Below, one piece after another: positions 25,047 through 35,647 of a DNA stretch of 64,000 bases. The position numbers and the translations under genes were made by a program. The stretch is from Amoebophrya sp. A120 (lineage: Eukaryota > Protista > Dinoflagellata), in NCBI GenBank assembly GCA_905178155.1, contig CAJINV010000002.1, forward strand, positions 10,648,709 through 10,712,708. The letters are read 5' to 3'. The first letter of the stretch is position 1. Each line of letters starts with the position of its first letter. Below the pieces are notes generated by a model, which was not told the origin of the DNA, searched no databases, and worked only from the letters and a program-made list of their open reading frames with translations.

Positions 25047-25879
25047 CTTGTAGTATTTCCGCTGCGCGGGAACTACCGAGGCAGAAGGCGTCGAGGACGA
25101 AGACGACGCTTTCGACTCTCGATTGCTCGTCAAAAGCGCACCCGGCGGCTTCTGCTCGCTCTGCCTCTCGTCGTCGCGTAAGAGTCCTTGAATTTTGTCG
25201 TCTGATGTTGAGGTGGACGACAAACCAGCGCAATGGGAAGACTGATCCTGATGTTCCCGTGCCATTTAGTAGAGGCTCCTCATACAGCTTGTGCTATACA
25301 GTCTTGACACCACCGGCCAAAGCAAAACACGAAGTAGATTCAACAACCGCAGCAATCAAGACGAGAAAGGCCTCGAAAATGTTGTTGTACAATTACCCAA
25401 CCAATTCGATGTCGTCACTACTGACATCTTCATCAGAGGACGATTCTACAGGTGTTGCGCCGCGGACTATTGTGCAGTCTCATTCTCACGTTGCTGGCCG
25501 CTTTGCGTTTACGATTGACCCTTGTTTAAAAAGTTAGAATTGACCATACCACGCTCCCAGTGACATTTCACAGCGCTCAAATTGGTACTTTCTTTGGGCA
25601 CAAAGAAATCAATGGACACAGGCCGTCTGGTCCCCTCGCGGAACAGAAAAAGTACGCATTGATTCCAAGCAGCATCGCGCTTGTCTGTCCTGTAGTAGCT
25701 CACGACCACGATGGCCCACTCCCGTCAGGGCAACATTCGTGATAGTCCAGTAGAGAAAAAGAGAAACAAATGAATCTGTGTGCATGAAAAGCAGAAAAAA
25801 CACTCATTTCTACACTCAGCAACTTTTCAGTCTTTCGTCCAGGGATCAAAGCAGGCTCTCCACCACAATTACTTACTTA

Positions 25880-28104
25880 CTACACATAACTCCCAAACAC
25901 CCCACAGTCGTACTTTTCCTTCCACGGATTGGGTGGCTCCGTTATGAACGCCCGGCGCTTTGTCAGGGCAACTTCGCCGGCAAACGAGGAGGATGGCATG
26001 TTGTCGAGTATCACGGGCCCGAAGTGTCCCTGGCGAAAAAAACGCAGGAACCAGCGCACGCCCGCCAGCAAATCGACCGACGCTCCCCGCTCCAGCATAT
26101 CCGGCTGCATGTGCTCTGCGAGATGTTTGACGCACTCGTCAATACTGTTCGTGGGCTGCTTACTCGGCAGATCCAGGGCTTTCACGTACTGGAACTGGCG
26201 CATCTTGTTCAACTTAAAGAGGCAGTAGTCCGCGAGGTACCACTCGCCAACTAAGTGGTCCGGCATGACACCAAGCAAGCACAGATTGGTTTGCTTTTCC
26301 AAATTTTCCACGTTCTTCAGAAGCATCATTCCGGGCGTGTCCACGCAGTGGATCATGGGCTTGCGCGAAATCAAAAACGTGGACTGCCCCTTGCAGTGGC
26401 GCGTGGTTTATCGATTGTAAAAATGTCTGGGTCTGGAAACTTGTGATGCTGTTTGTGCATGACACAGGAGGTCTAGCATGCAAGTCCTAGCAACACAGGT
26501 TTTGAGCAGGTTAGGCGATGCCGAATCCGCATGACAAGTTCCCTCTTTTGGTGGCAAGAAGTGAGCAACTTTTGCGGGGGTCCATGCATGACAGGTTTTT
26601 TTCTGTTCTCAAATACGCATTAGAAATTTACATGTTTCCAGACCCAGACATTTTTACATTTGATATGGTTCCGGGCAGCATGTTGGTCTTCGCCTCATTC
26701 ATCTATTACAGTGAAAAGGGCCTCCCACCCCAAGGTTGCAAAAATTTGTGATGCGAAGTTTCCAAATGAAAACTTTTTGTCATGCATGAAAGGAGTATGA
26801 AGCTTTCTGATGCATATTCTAGTCGTGGTTCGCATCGCTTACATGACAAGCACCGCTCTTGCTGGGATCTTTTGCAATACAAATTTTTGCTATTCACGAT
26901 CGGAAATCTGTGATGCTGATACATGCAAGAGGCCGAATGTTTCATTTGGAAAGGTTTGCAATACAAATACTTTCAAGTTCGGGGGTGGGGGCATTTTTCA
27001 TTGTAATATCATCTTCACGTCCTTCATGATATCCGGGTCCACCTTGTGACCGAGCGTGAACGCGTACTGCTTCAACCCGTTGATGATGGTCGATTTCCCG
27101 ACGTTCGGCAGCCCCACGACCATCATCCACAACCCCACCGTGTTGTGCTTCACGTCGCAGTTCTCCACGATGAACTCCCGGATCTTGCCGGTGTTGATTT
27201 TTTCCGACGCGGAGATCAGCAGGGCGGGCTTCCCCAGCTCCCGCATCACGCCCAGAATCCGCCGCGCGTCCTTCGCGGAAATCAGGTCGACCTTGTTGAA
27301 AATCGTCAGCTTTTTCAGGCGTTTGGGCTGCTGCACCTGCGACAGGCTGTTCCCATTGTACAGCGCGGACCCGATGTTGGACTGCGAGATGGTGCTGTCC
27401 TTAAAGCCTAACTCCTCCAACAATTCCCCCTGGCACGAGGAAAAGGGCGCGCGGGCGTCGCGGACCTCCAGGATCAAGTTGATCCCCCGCTCCACGCGCT
27501 TCTTCAAATCCACCTTCGCTTTGCTCATGTGCCCCAGCCACCAGTGCGGGTAAAAGTCGAAGGCAAACTTGTCCCGCGCAACAAACTCCGGGAACGGGTC
27601 GGGGAACGCGGAGGGACGGACAGCGGAGGACGTCGTGTTTGCCGCGTTTTGATGTGTAGTATTTTCTCGTCCTCGAGGATCAGTCGAGCTACTAGTACTC
27701 CCTCTCGACGAGGTGGACGACGATGCACTCGCATCGGCATCCCGGTGGTCCTGCGCACTTTGATCACGCTCAACGTCTCTGTGCTGTCGAGCCGAGAAGC
27801 CCTCCGCTGAGGTCGTAGTCGACTGCTGCTTTTCCCGCACCCTCGCGATCCAGTCCTCCTCTGGCATGTTGGGCTGGATCCGCTCGAACGGGTCATCCGC
27901 ATGATGTTCTTTCCTGGCATTGTTTTTTGTTCCGTTTCTATCTGCAGAGTGAGTGGAGGTGCTCGCCGCTGTTTTCAAAGTTCTGGATGGTGGCGTCAAG
28001 TGACACGTCGGATGGACAAAGGTCGCGCCGGCGCGACCTCTTTGGCACCAGTGATGCAATAGTAAATTGCTCCGGGCCCGAGCTTTTGCAGAGCTGCTGT
28101 GCAT
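25880..28104 (-). CDS. MTG1: Circularly permuted ribosome-assembly GTPase of the YlqF/RbgA/MTG1 family, probably mitochondrial
   Basis: WWLGHMSKA, LEVRDARAPFSS, G4 NKVD, G1 VVGLPNVGKSTIIN, G3 DTPG; G2 PGTTR appears only after removing B2 and A6 (VKM|NEAKTNMLPGT|TRHCKGQSTFLISRKPMIHCVDTPG); basic, acid-free N-terminus. Confidence 0.85.
26409..26665. mobile_element. Family A element, copy A6 (257 bp)
   Basis: TATCGATTGTAAAAATGTCTGGGTCTGGAAAC ... GTTTCCAGACCCAGACATTTTTACATTTGATA; TSD TGGTT at 26404-26408 and 26666-26670. Confidence 0.95.
26704..27008. mobile_element. Family B element, copy B2 (305 bp)
   Basis: TATTACAGTGAAAAGGGCCTCCCACCCC ... GGGGTGGGGGCATTTTTCATTGTAATA; TSD TCATC at 26699-26703 and 27009-27013; same orientation as B1. 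Confidence 0.95.
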
Positions 28105-28493
28105 ACTTTAACTTTTGCTTTACTTGTTCGATGGTGAGAAAAATAGCGGGATTTTCACGATCACATCTCAGAGAGACGAAGGATGGATCTTCACAAGGTG
28201 CCAGTTATTGATCATTGAAAGTGAATGCGTTTCACTTTTTCCTGGGAAGATCTGTTTTCTGTGCAGAGAGCGGAGGCGGCGCGTCAGGTTCCGATGATCC
28301 AGTCCTTGGTACCGATTGCGCCTGCACTCTCAACGCTACACCGGCGAGGCGTGAGACGACGAACAAAAGCGACCTACAGGAGGTGCTCGAAGAACGCGTA
28401 TACATGTAAGCATCCGAAGCAAACTGTGTTGATTCTTTCAAGTTACTTGGTAAGCTAAGCTCCACAAACACACGCAAGTCAATTGAAGAAATG

Positions 28494-29198
28494 TCACACG
28501 AGAATGGTTCGGCTCTGAAGGAATGCCTTGTCCCTTTCGCTTTCTCGTGCATGTGGTGTAACACCAAGCACCGACTCAAGAAAGGCACTTCCCGCCGGCG
28601 TAGGCGCCGGCGGTGCAGTAGTACTGACTTCCGCACTTGTTGACGCAGTAACGGTCGTAGTATTCTCGTCGGTCGGATTCGCTGAAAGAGCAGATGAAGC
28701 GTCGGCGTGTGACATAGGTGGGCGAGGAAGCCGCTCATTTTGTTCGCGATAAGCTCTGTCAACCCGCTCGCGATGATCTCTAATAGCCGCTGAAGGAGCA
28801 TGAGAAATCGGTTGTACGTCCACACCGGCGATTTCGCACCAGTAGAAAAAGCCGGCACAACAAATCACTAGCAAAACTATGCCGACTACCAGCTTCCAGC
28901 TACAGGTAGCTTGCGCACCAGCGGCAGAGGAATCGTCCTGCCGAGTCGGCGTTCTTGCCGCAGCTATGACCCTGGTTTTCGTCGAAACGTCGCCGCTCCC
29001 CGCGGTCTTCACAGAATTGCTGGGGGCGCTACCGCTGGCGCCCATTTGGGACGTCAAATTTTTACCTTCTGCCCGCTGCTGCGGGAACCGCTTTTCTGTG
29101 TTCATAGATCGCCGCCGTTCGGCGCTGGTCGCGGACGGCCGGAGTGACCCCGGATCCTCGCTTGGGCGGATCGCAACGTCTACTACTTCGCTGGACAT
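28494..29198 (-). CDS. Hypothetical single-pass membrane protein, 234 aa
   Basis: One hydrophobic helix (LVVGIVLLVICCAGFFYW) between low-complexity regions. Confidence 0.6.
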   Translation of the reverse strand: MSSEVVDVAIRPSEDPGSLRPSATSAERRRSMNTEKRFPQQRAEGKNLTSQMGASGSAPSNSVKTAGSGDVSTKTRVIAAARTPTRQDDSSAAGAQATCSWKLVVGIVLLVICCAGFFYWCEIAGVDVQPISHAPSAAIRDHRERVDRAYREQNERLPRPPMSHADASSALSANPTDENTTTVTASTSAEVSTTAPPAPTPAGSAFLESVLGVTPHARESERDKAFLQSRTILV

Positions 29199-29812
29199 GT
29201 TGCTGATTGCTAAAAAACCGAATCAGGAAAGAGAAACTTCATCGCTCTTCAAGAGCAACATACTTACACCCAAGAATGGCTTCTCGAATAATTATGTCCA
29301 TAACAGTTCCATCAGGCTCAAGGGAGCAAGGCAGGAAGAATTTAGCTTGATCAAATTCGGGAGCTTTTTCGTCCGCAAGGAGAGTTGCCTGGTTGGATGC
29401 AAGTTGATAGAGAACTATCAGTAATTTAGAAAGTCACTGTCAAACATTCGTGAATGACTAAAAGCGATGGGGCACGACGCTAGGAGAGGAGCGCCTTGAG
29501 CGACAAAAATCGTTGAACGATACCTAGGAACAAAGGCCTTCTGCACGATGTTGATGAGACGAACAGAGCGGTAACTGACGACTTTTCATGCACGACAAGA
29601 AGCGTAAGCCTTCACACGAAGAAAAGTGAGAACCGGCAGAGAAACATCGATGCAAGAGCGACGATCGACACGTGGAACAAAGCTTCACGGTAGAAAAAAA
29701 AGAACCCGGTGCGCTCACGTTCGCGTTCCGGAAGACAACTACAAAATCCTGAAAGAGTTCACACTGAGCTCCTGCACAGGAACTCGAGAGAATGAGGAAA
29801 AAGGTAAGCATC

Positions 29813-30754
29813 CTAAACCAAAATGATGGTGCGCTGCGGCTTCGTTCGCTTAGCGCTTGCATCTGTGCTCCTTCTGTCGGCTGCTCTACTTTCAGTGTCT
29901 GAGTCTGCCTCATCGTCGGAAGCGAATATAGTGCCCTCCAAGCGAGCCACTTCAGCCCTGTCGTCTTCAGTCCGAACACGACCTGCGTCGTCGTGAACAG
30001 AAGACGTGTCAGCAGCTTGCGCCGACCCTATTGAATTTTCATCCTCTCCCGTGGACGCCAAAAAACTTGCAGGACCCACTGGCGCAGCGGCGGCCCCCGC
30101 GACTGGTTGGCCGGCCGGCGGTTGCTGGGCGACGCCATCTGTAGTGCCTGCTTGAGATTGCGCCCGGGTCTGAACGTCGTTTGCCGTAACGCGGCCGCTC
30201 GCCTGCGACGTTTGCCCTACAACTTGTTGGTTTGGTGCACCAAGAAGAAAACCGAGGCTGCCACCGCGCATTTGCGAGTCTTGCCGAGGCTTGATGAGAA
30301 AAAAGTACACGGCTAACACGATGCCGGTAATAATCACCGGCGAAAGAAGGCAGAGCCACAAATGCCCGCTCTCCGAGAGGCCTTGTACGAACCGTACGTT
30401 GCGTGGGTCCGTTCGCGCTCTCGGCGTTGGAGAATCGGTTCGTGGCGAATCGTTTTCCCCTCTCGGTTCCTCCGGTGGAGAATTATTGCCACCACTTCGC
30501 GGTGAATTTGTGGTCTTTTCTGGGCCCTCGTCTCGCTGGTAGAACTCCGAAAATTCATCAGGAGAATTGGCCACTACACCCTCGTTCTGCTCTTTCGACG
30601 ACTTCCGCTTCGCCCTGCTCTTCGCTTTCCGCGTGGCCCGCTTGGCCTTCGATGTTTGGCCATCGCTGGCGCTGGTATTGCTCGGGCTGCCGCTGCCCTT
30701 CGTCTTCGCGGAGGCCCGCTTAGGAGCGGATTGCTCGCCGGTAATATCACTCAT
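29813..30754 (-). CDS. Hypothetical single-pass membrane protein, 313 aa
   Basis: One hydrophobic helix (LWLCLLSPVIITGIVLAVYFFLI); ends RTIILV, similar to the neighbour's RTILV. Confidence 0.6.
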   Translation of the reverse strand: MSDITGEQSAPKRASAKTKGSGSPSNTSASDGQTSKAKRATRKAKSRAKRKSSKEQNEGVVANSPDEFSEFYQRDEGPEKTTNSPRSGGNNSPPEEPRGENDSPRTDSPTPRARTDPRNVRFVQGLSESGHLWLCLLSPVIITGIVLAVYFFLIKPRQDSQMRGGSLGFLLGAPNQQVVGQTSQASGRVTANDVQTRAQSQAGTTDGVAQQPPAGQPVAGAAAAPVGPASFLASTGEDENSIGSAQAADTSSVHDDAGRVRTEDDRAEVARLEGTIFASDDEADSDTESRAADRRSTDASAKRTKPQRTIILV

Positions 30755-31624
30755 GATTCGTGTTTGACTTTATCAGTTAGTTTGCTTCAATGCACAGCAA
30801 ATGAAAATATGGGAAGGACTTGTGAGCAGAAGTTATTAATCGAGGAAAAGAAGCGACAACCGACAGTGAAAGGGACCTCACCGCGGGCGTGACAGCTTGC
30901 ATCAGAAGAAAAAAAATAAATTCACACTGTGTCTAACAACCTGATTTTGAAGACGCTGAAAAGTGACGTAAAAAGATTTCACCGACTGCGCAAGAAACGA
31001 GAGCAGCAGCTCCTGCTCGAAGTAGAACGATACAAACGGTGGCCCAACGGAAACTGCACGACAAAGCACGCACAACGACAACGATGACGATGGAAAAATA
31101 CAGCACAACGAAGGATTTGTAACAAAGCTTCTTACAACCACGACAGTAGTGAAACTGTAACTGTTTTTCTTTTTCCCTTTTCGCCTAGAGCTAGAACGGC
31201 TGGGAAAATAACACCAAGTCTTGGAAAAGTGTAGGCACCTACTGCTGCTTCATGATCCATTCGCTTTCGTGTTTCCGTTTCTAAACGATTTCGGCGTGCT
31301 GCCGTGACGTCAAGACATCAGAAACATTTGCATGCAATGAATCAAGCTGATGTTCCAACAGTGAGCTCTACATTGAGTGAATAAATTGTTACAAACGAGA
31401 AGTACATTTTAGTTGAAAATGACAAAGACAAAAGAAGATGCAAATCCAAATCCATTGCGTTGTTGTAACCTCTAATAGAAGACCTAAAACGGTGCAAGTG
31501 CAAATCCTACAAAAGATGTTCATGTCGATTGAGAAGCCAACTACAAACAAATGCGTTCAAAACACTAAAAACTGAATGAAAGACTGTTGCACGACACTGC
31601 CACTACATTCAGGCAATCCAATCT

Positions 31625-32529
31625 CTACGCACTCTTCTTCTTGGCCTTCTCGGCGTCCATTTTCAAGGGTACACCATTCATGCGAAAGAAAGAGTTCATG
31701 ACAATCGGCCGGCGGGCAAAGGCAGATGGTTCCTTTTTCAACTCCCTCACCGTCCACCCGACCTGATTTTTTCACGTTGAAATGTATGGTTGCGAAAAAA
31801 AAAACGGTGCGTTATGCGACTTAGATTTTTGCGAAACCACATGATCAGCCCACTCTACTCTCGTGCCGCGCAACAACAAGAAACAAATTCTGAATCCGTT
31901 AGTGCTACCTCCTGACTCGCCAAGAGCGGGAACCTGCTCTTCTCTTGCCAGTCAATCGCCTTTCGCTTCTTCAAATAGGCGTGCCTTCCCTCTCCCTCGC
32001 AACTGACTCCAAAGTAAAGCAGATCCTCAATGGTCATGTTTCCCGGGAGCGGGAACTCGTTCATTTTTCGGTTGGTGAAGGCCGTGCTCCCCGTGTTCGA
32101 CATGCCGCTGCCGCGCGACCGGTTGCGCTGCTTGTCAAAGGGATTATCCACGAGTCCCATCTTCTGGCACAGGTAGTGCTCGGCGGAGCTGCATCGCTTC
32201 AGCGCGCCTTCGTTCTGGGACTGGACGTTGAAGGTAGTAACCTGGCATAATTTGGGCATAATTATCCACTGTATCAACTGAAAAAACTAAAACCTCCGAG
32301 GCAGAACAGAAAGGTCTTGCTCACATAGCACAAGAAGTTCAAAGTTGCATCCGGCGATATAATCACGGTATCTTAAACGAATTCAATGTACCTCCTCTCT
32401 TGGTGCGGGTTCGGTCGACCTCGCACGCGCCAGGGTTTCCCTTAACAGTGCCTCATCTGCCCATTTGCGGTTCAGCTTGTTCTCCTTCTCGATGGACTTT
32501 CGGATCGTGTTCAGCGTTGCTGTGTCCAT
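31625..32529 (-). CDS. SPMIP1/ATP6V1FNB-like flagellar microtubule inner protein (multi-exon)
   Basis: MDTATLNTIRKSIEKENKLNRKW; LLYFGVSCEGEGRHAYLKKRK...EKSRFPLLASQE|VGW...FARRPIVMNSFFRMNGV*, matching this family's pattern as recalled; GT-AG introns. Confidence 0.65.
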
Positions 32530-33028
32530 CTTGACGAGGTAGCGTGCTATAATGAATCCCTCGCTTCGGCCAACACAAGAAGTATCAACACATCTAGTCC
32601 TGTAAGAGTCTCTGTTGAACGTTTTGTGTCTCCGTACAACGACAAACATCAAACTCAAAACCGAAGACGTCACCGAGGGAAGATAGAACCCGACAGCGCA
32701 CTGTACTCTCTCGAAATATTTGCCAAGCGGGATCGAGTGGACTGTTAGCTGTGGTCTCTTACTCTTGCAACTCGTCAGGCCACGCCAATATTAAGTATTC
32801 ACGCCACTCTTAGTAGACGACGATAGAAAAACGAAATGCACGACGAGTCCCAAGTAAAAACACCTCCGCACACGTACAGCATAAATTACGCTACTATTTT
32901 TCCTTCATGATGTGTGTTTGTTCCTGAAACTGTTATTCACGAATTACATCTTCCGGTAAGGGCGAAACGCAAAATCTTACAGGAGGATGCGCAACACGAT
33001 AGCGATCATCTCACGTGGCTTTCTTACC

Positions 33029-35647
33029 CTACTTGAACTTAGGCTTGCTCGTCCTCCGTGTGCCGGGTGAAAGACTTTCCTCCTTCTTCCGCACCCGCTC
33101 CCGGCGCAGCCAATTCTGCGCAAACGTGACGATCCGCTTGTAGTCGCCCTTGCCGTACCCCGGTTCGAGGCTTTTCCGGCACAAGACCGCGCAGAAGCAA
33201 AACTCCTTCAACAATCGCAGCTCGTAGGACTCGCGCATGGCTTCCGGCGTTTTGTAGCTCAAGAGTTCGTCCGCCCACAGGTTTTCGTAGTTCGGCACGT
33301 CCCTCTTTTGGATCAAGTCTTCCAACACGTCAATCTGCGCGTCGAGCTCGAAACAATTCAGATTGCAGTCGCCCTCCCGCTTTGCGGACTTGGGGATGTT
33401 TCCAAGGAGCTCATCCAGCTCCTGCTTGTCCGTCAGGAAGGTTTGCAGCATGGAAATCAAGTGCATGCGATGGAGAATGAGCAAATCGGTGCGTTCCATC
33501 AGGAGGACCCGGATGGCAAACCCGAGCTCCCCACCGACCGCAGACATGCTATTTTTACGATTTTGATACGATAGAAATCATTTTGAAAGGACCAGAAACA
33601 TACAGTGTGACACAGAAAATACGTCCCAATCGTCCAGCATCTACTTCGTGAACGTAAGTGAGGCCATATTTCATCCATCTGATACCTGAACTCGTAATCC
33701 CTTTCCTTGAAACGTTCCACCGCTTCCAGCACGTTTGTGTGGGCTCCGTGCGGCGTCACACTGTATGGATCCAGCCCCGCTTCCTCGATGCTGTCGATGA
33801 GTTCCATGTGCGCCTGGGCCTGCTCGGGCGTCAGATCATCCAGAGTGTGTTTCTTTTCCAGAGGTGGGGCCCCCGCCGCGTCCGAAGCGACCGACTCCCG
33901 CACGCTCTCCCGGTCCGCTTCCGTCTGCGAGTCACTGGCCATCGCAGCCGCGCCAAAGGTTTGGGACCGGCTCATGTGCTTTAGGTCTTTCTGTTTCTGG
34001 ATCTCCTCGTCGCGCTTCTTCTTTTCCCGCTCCTCAAACTCCTGCAGGAGGTTCAGCACATCCGGGTTCTGCTTCTTCCCCTCGGGAATAACTTCCACCT
34101 CGAAGGCTACTGCAGAAGATCCCGGTTTGGAGCTGGATGAGGACTTTTGCGCGGTGCTCGCGGTCGAGATCGGGCGGTTGTTCTCACCGGTTTCGTCTTT
34201 TTTGTCTCCGTTTTCGTCCGCGGAGGAGCCTTGCTCGAGCTGGAACTTGGTGTTCGCGCGGGAAAAGGATTTTTTGGGCGAGGCCCTCTTCCCGCGCGCC
34301 CCGGAGGACGCGGTGGAGGGGGTTTTCTTGCGGTCCGACCCCTGGTCCTCCTCCTCATTTTCATCTTTTTCCACGACGACCGGTTTTTTGTTGAAGACGC
34401 ACAGCGGAACTCTGTCCTCGACGTTGGGCAAGTTCCAGCTGGGGGCGATCAGGTCCAGCGCGTTCTCCACCTCGGTCAATTGCTTCTTGTTCATATCCGG
34501 GTCGAAATCCTCCAGACTCGGGTATTGGGGCACCAGGTCTCCGAAATCCGTCGAACTTGTGCTCCGGAGTTGCGAACCCGGCCGGGAACTCGCTTCCGAC
34601 GCCTGGTGGATGTGGATCATGGAAAAATTGCGTTCCGTTCGAATAGCTTATTTTCATGTGCGAAATCATCGGAAACACAAAAAATTTTCAAGCGTCGAGG
34701 CAACATTGGATTTGCAGCACCACGATCTGTACATCCTGTCCCGACTGCAGCTGACTTGAGTTTTCTTCTTGCTGGCTGGAATCCTTCTTTTCCGCAGAGG
34801 ACCCTGATCCCGGGCGCTCCTCCGAGTTGTCCGCCGCGCCTTCTGGCTTTTCCTCCGCCCCGCCTTCCGCCGACTCGGTCTTCTTCAGCCCGCCCAGCAT
34901 CGTCGCGAGGCGCACGACGCTCTTCAGCTTGAACTTCCGCACATTCGTTTCGCCGTCCTCCCCCGCCTCCTCTTCCTTCTCCTCCTCGACCTGTTCTACC
35001 AGTTCCTCCTGCGGAAACAGCGCGCGTTTTATCAGCCGCCAGTTGTCCGCCGTTGGAAATTTGTACGCCTGGATTTTCTTCGCCAGCCGTCGGGTGTCGC
35101 CGAAAAGGTAGTTCCGCACGAGGTCCCACTTGTCCGCGGTAAGTCTCTCGTGGTGCGGCATCTCGTCGAAGAGGAGATCGAAGTCCAACAAGAATTTGAG
35201 CAGGAAGCACAAGACCGGCGTCGCGGTCTCCCGCCGGGTGCTTTTCATCATTTCCACCCCCACGTCCCAGCCCCCCGGCCGCAGCCGAAACTGCACTTTG
35301 CTCTGCACCTCCAGCATCCAATTCGTGTACTGGACGCGGCTGCTGGCATCCCAGGTGGCGAAGTCGTTGAGCTGGGTGTAAAGACTGTTGTCCGTTGTCG
35401 ACTCGTCCACCTGTTTCTGTTTTTTCGTGGCGAGGGGCTTTTTCTTCTTCTGGTTCCCGTAGTCCGGCTCGCCGTAGTAGAGGGAAGCGATGTCCTTCAG
35501 AACCTGGATCCGACCGGGCAGATTGAAGTCGCCCGTCTTGGTGCGGCAGTTTTTAATCTTCGTGATCACATTGTCCATGTTCATGAAGGGGTTCGTGGGC
35601 TTTGCCGGCGAGAGGCTCGCCGTAGAGCTCTTGCGACTTGGCGGCAT
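33029..35647 (-). CDS. Hypothetical protein in three coding segments
   Basis: ORFs 34688-35647, 33499-34620 and 33029-33547 are protein-like; the last two join via a GT-AG intron (YEFS|MSAV); the first join needs an intron of 3n+1 nt. Confidence 0.6.
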
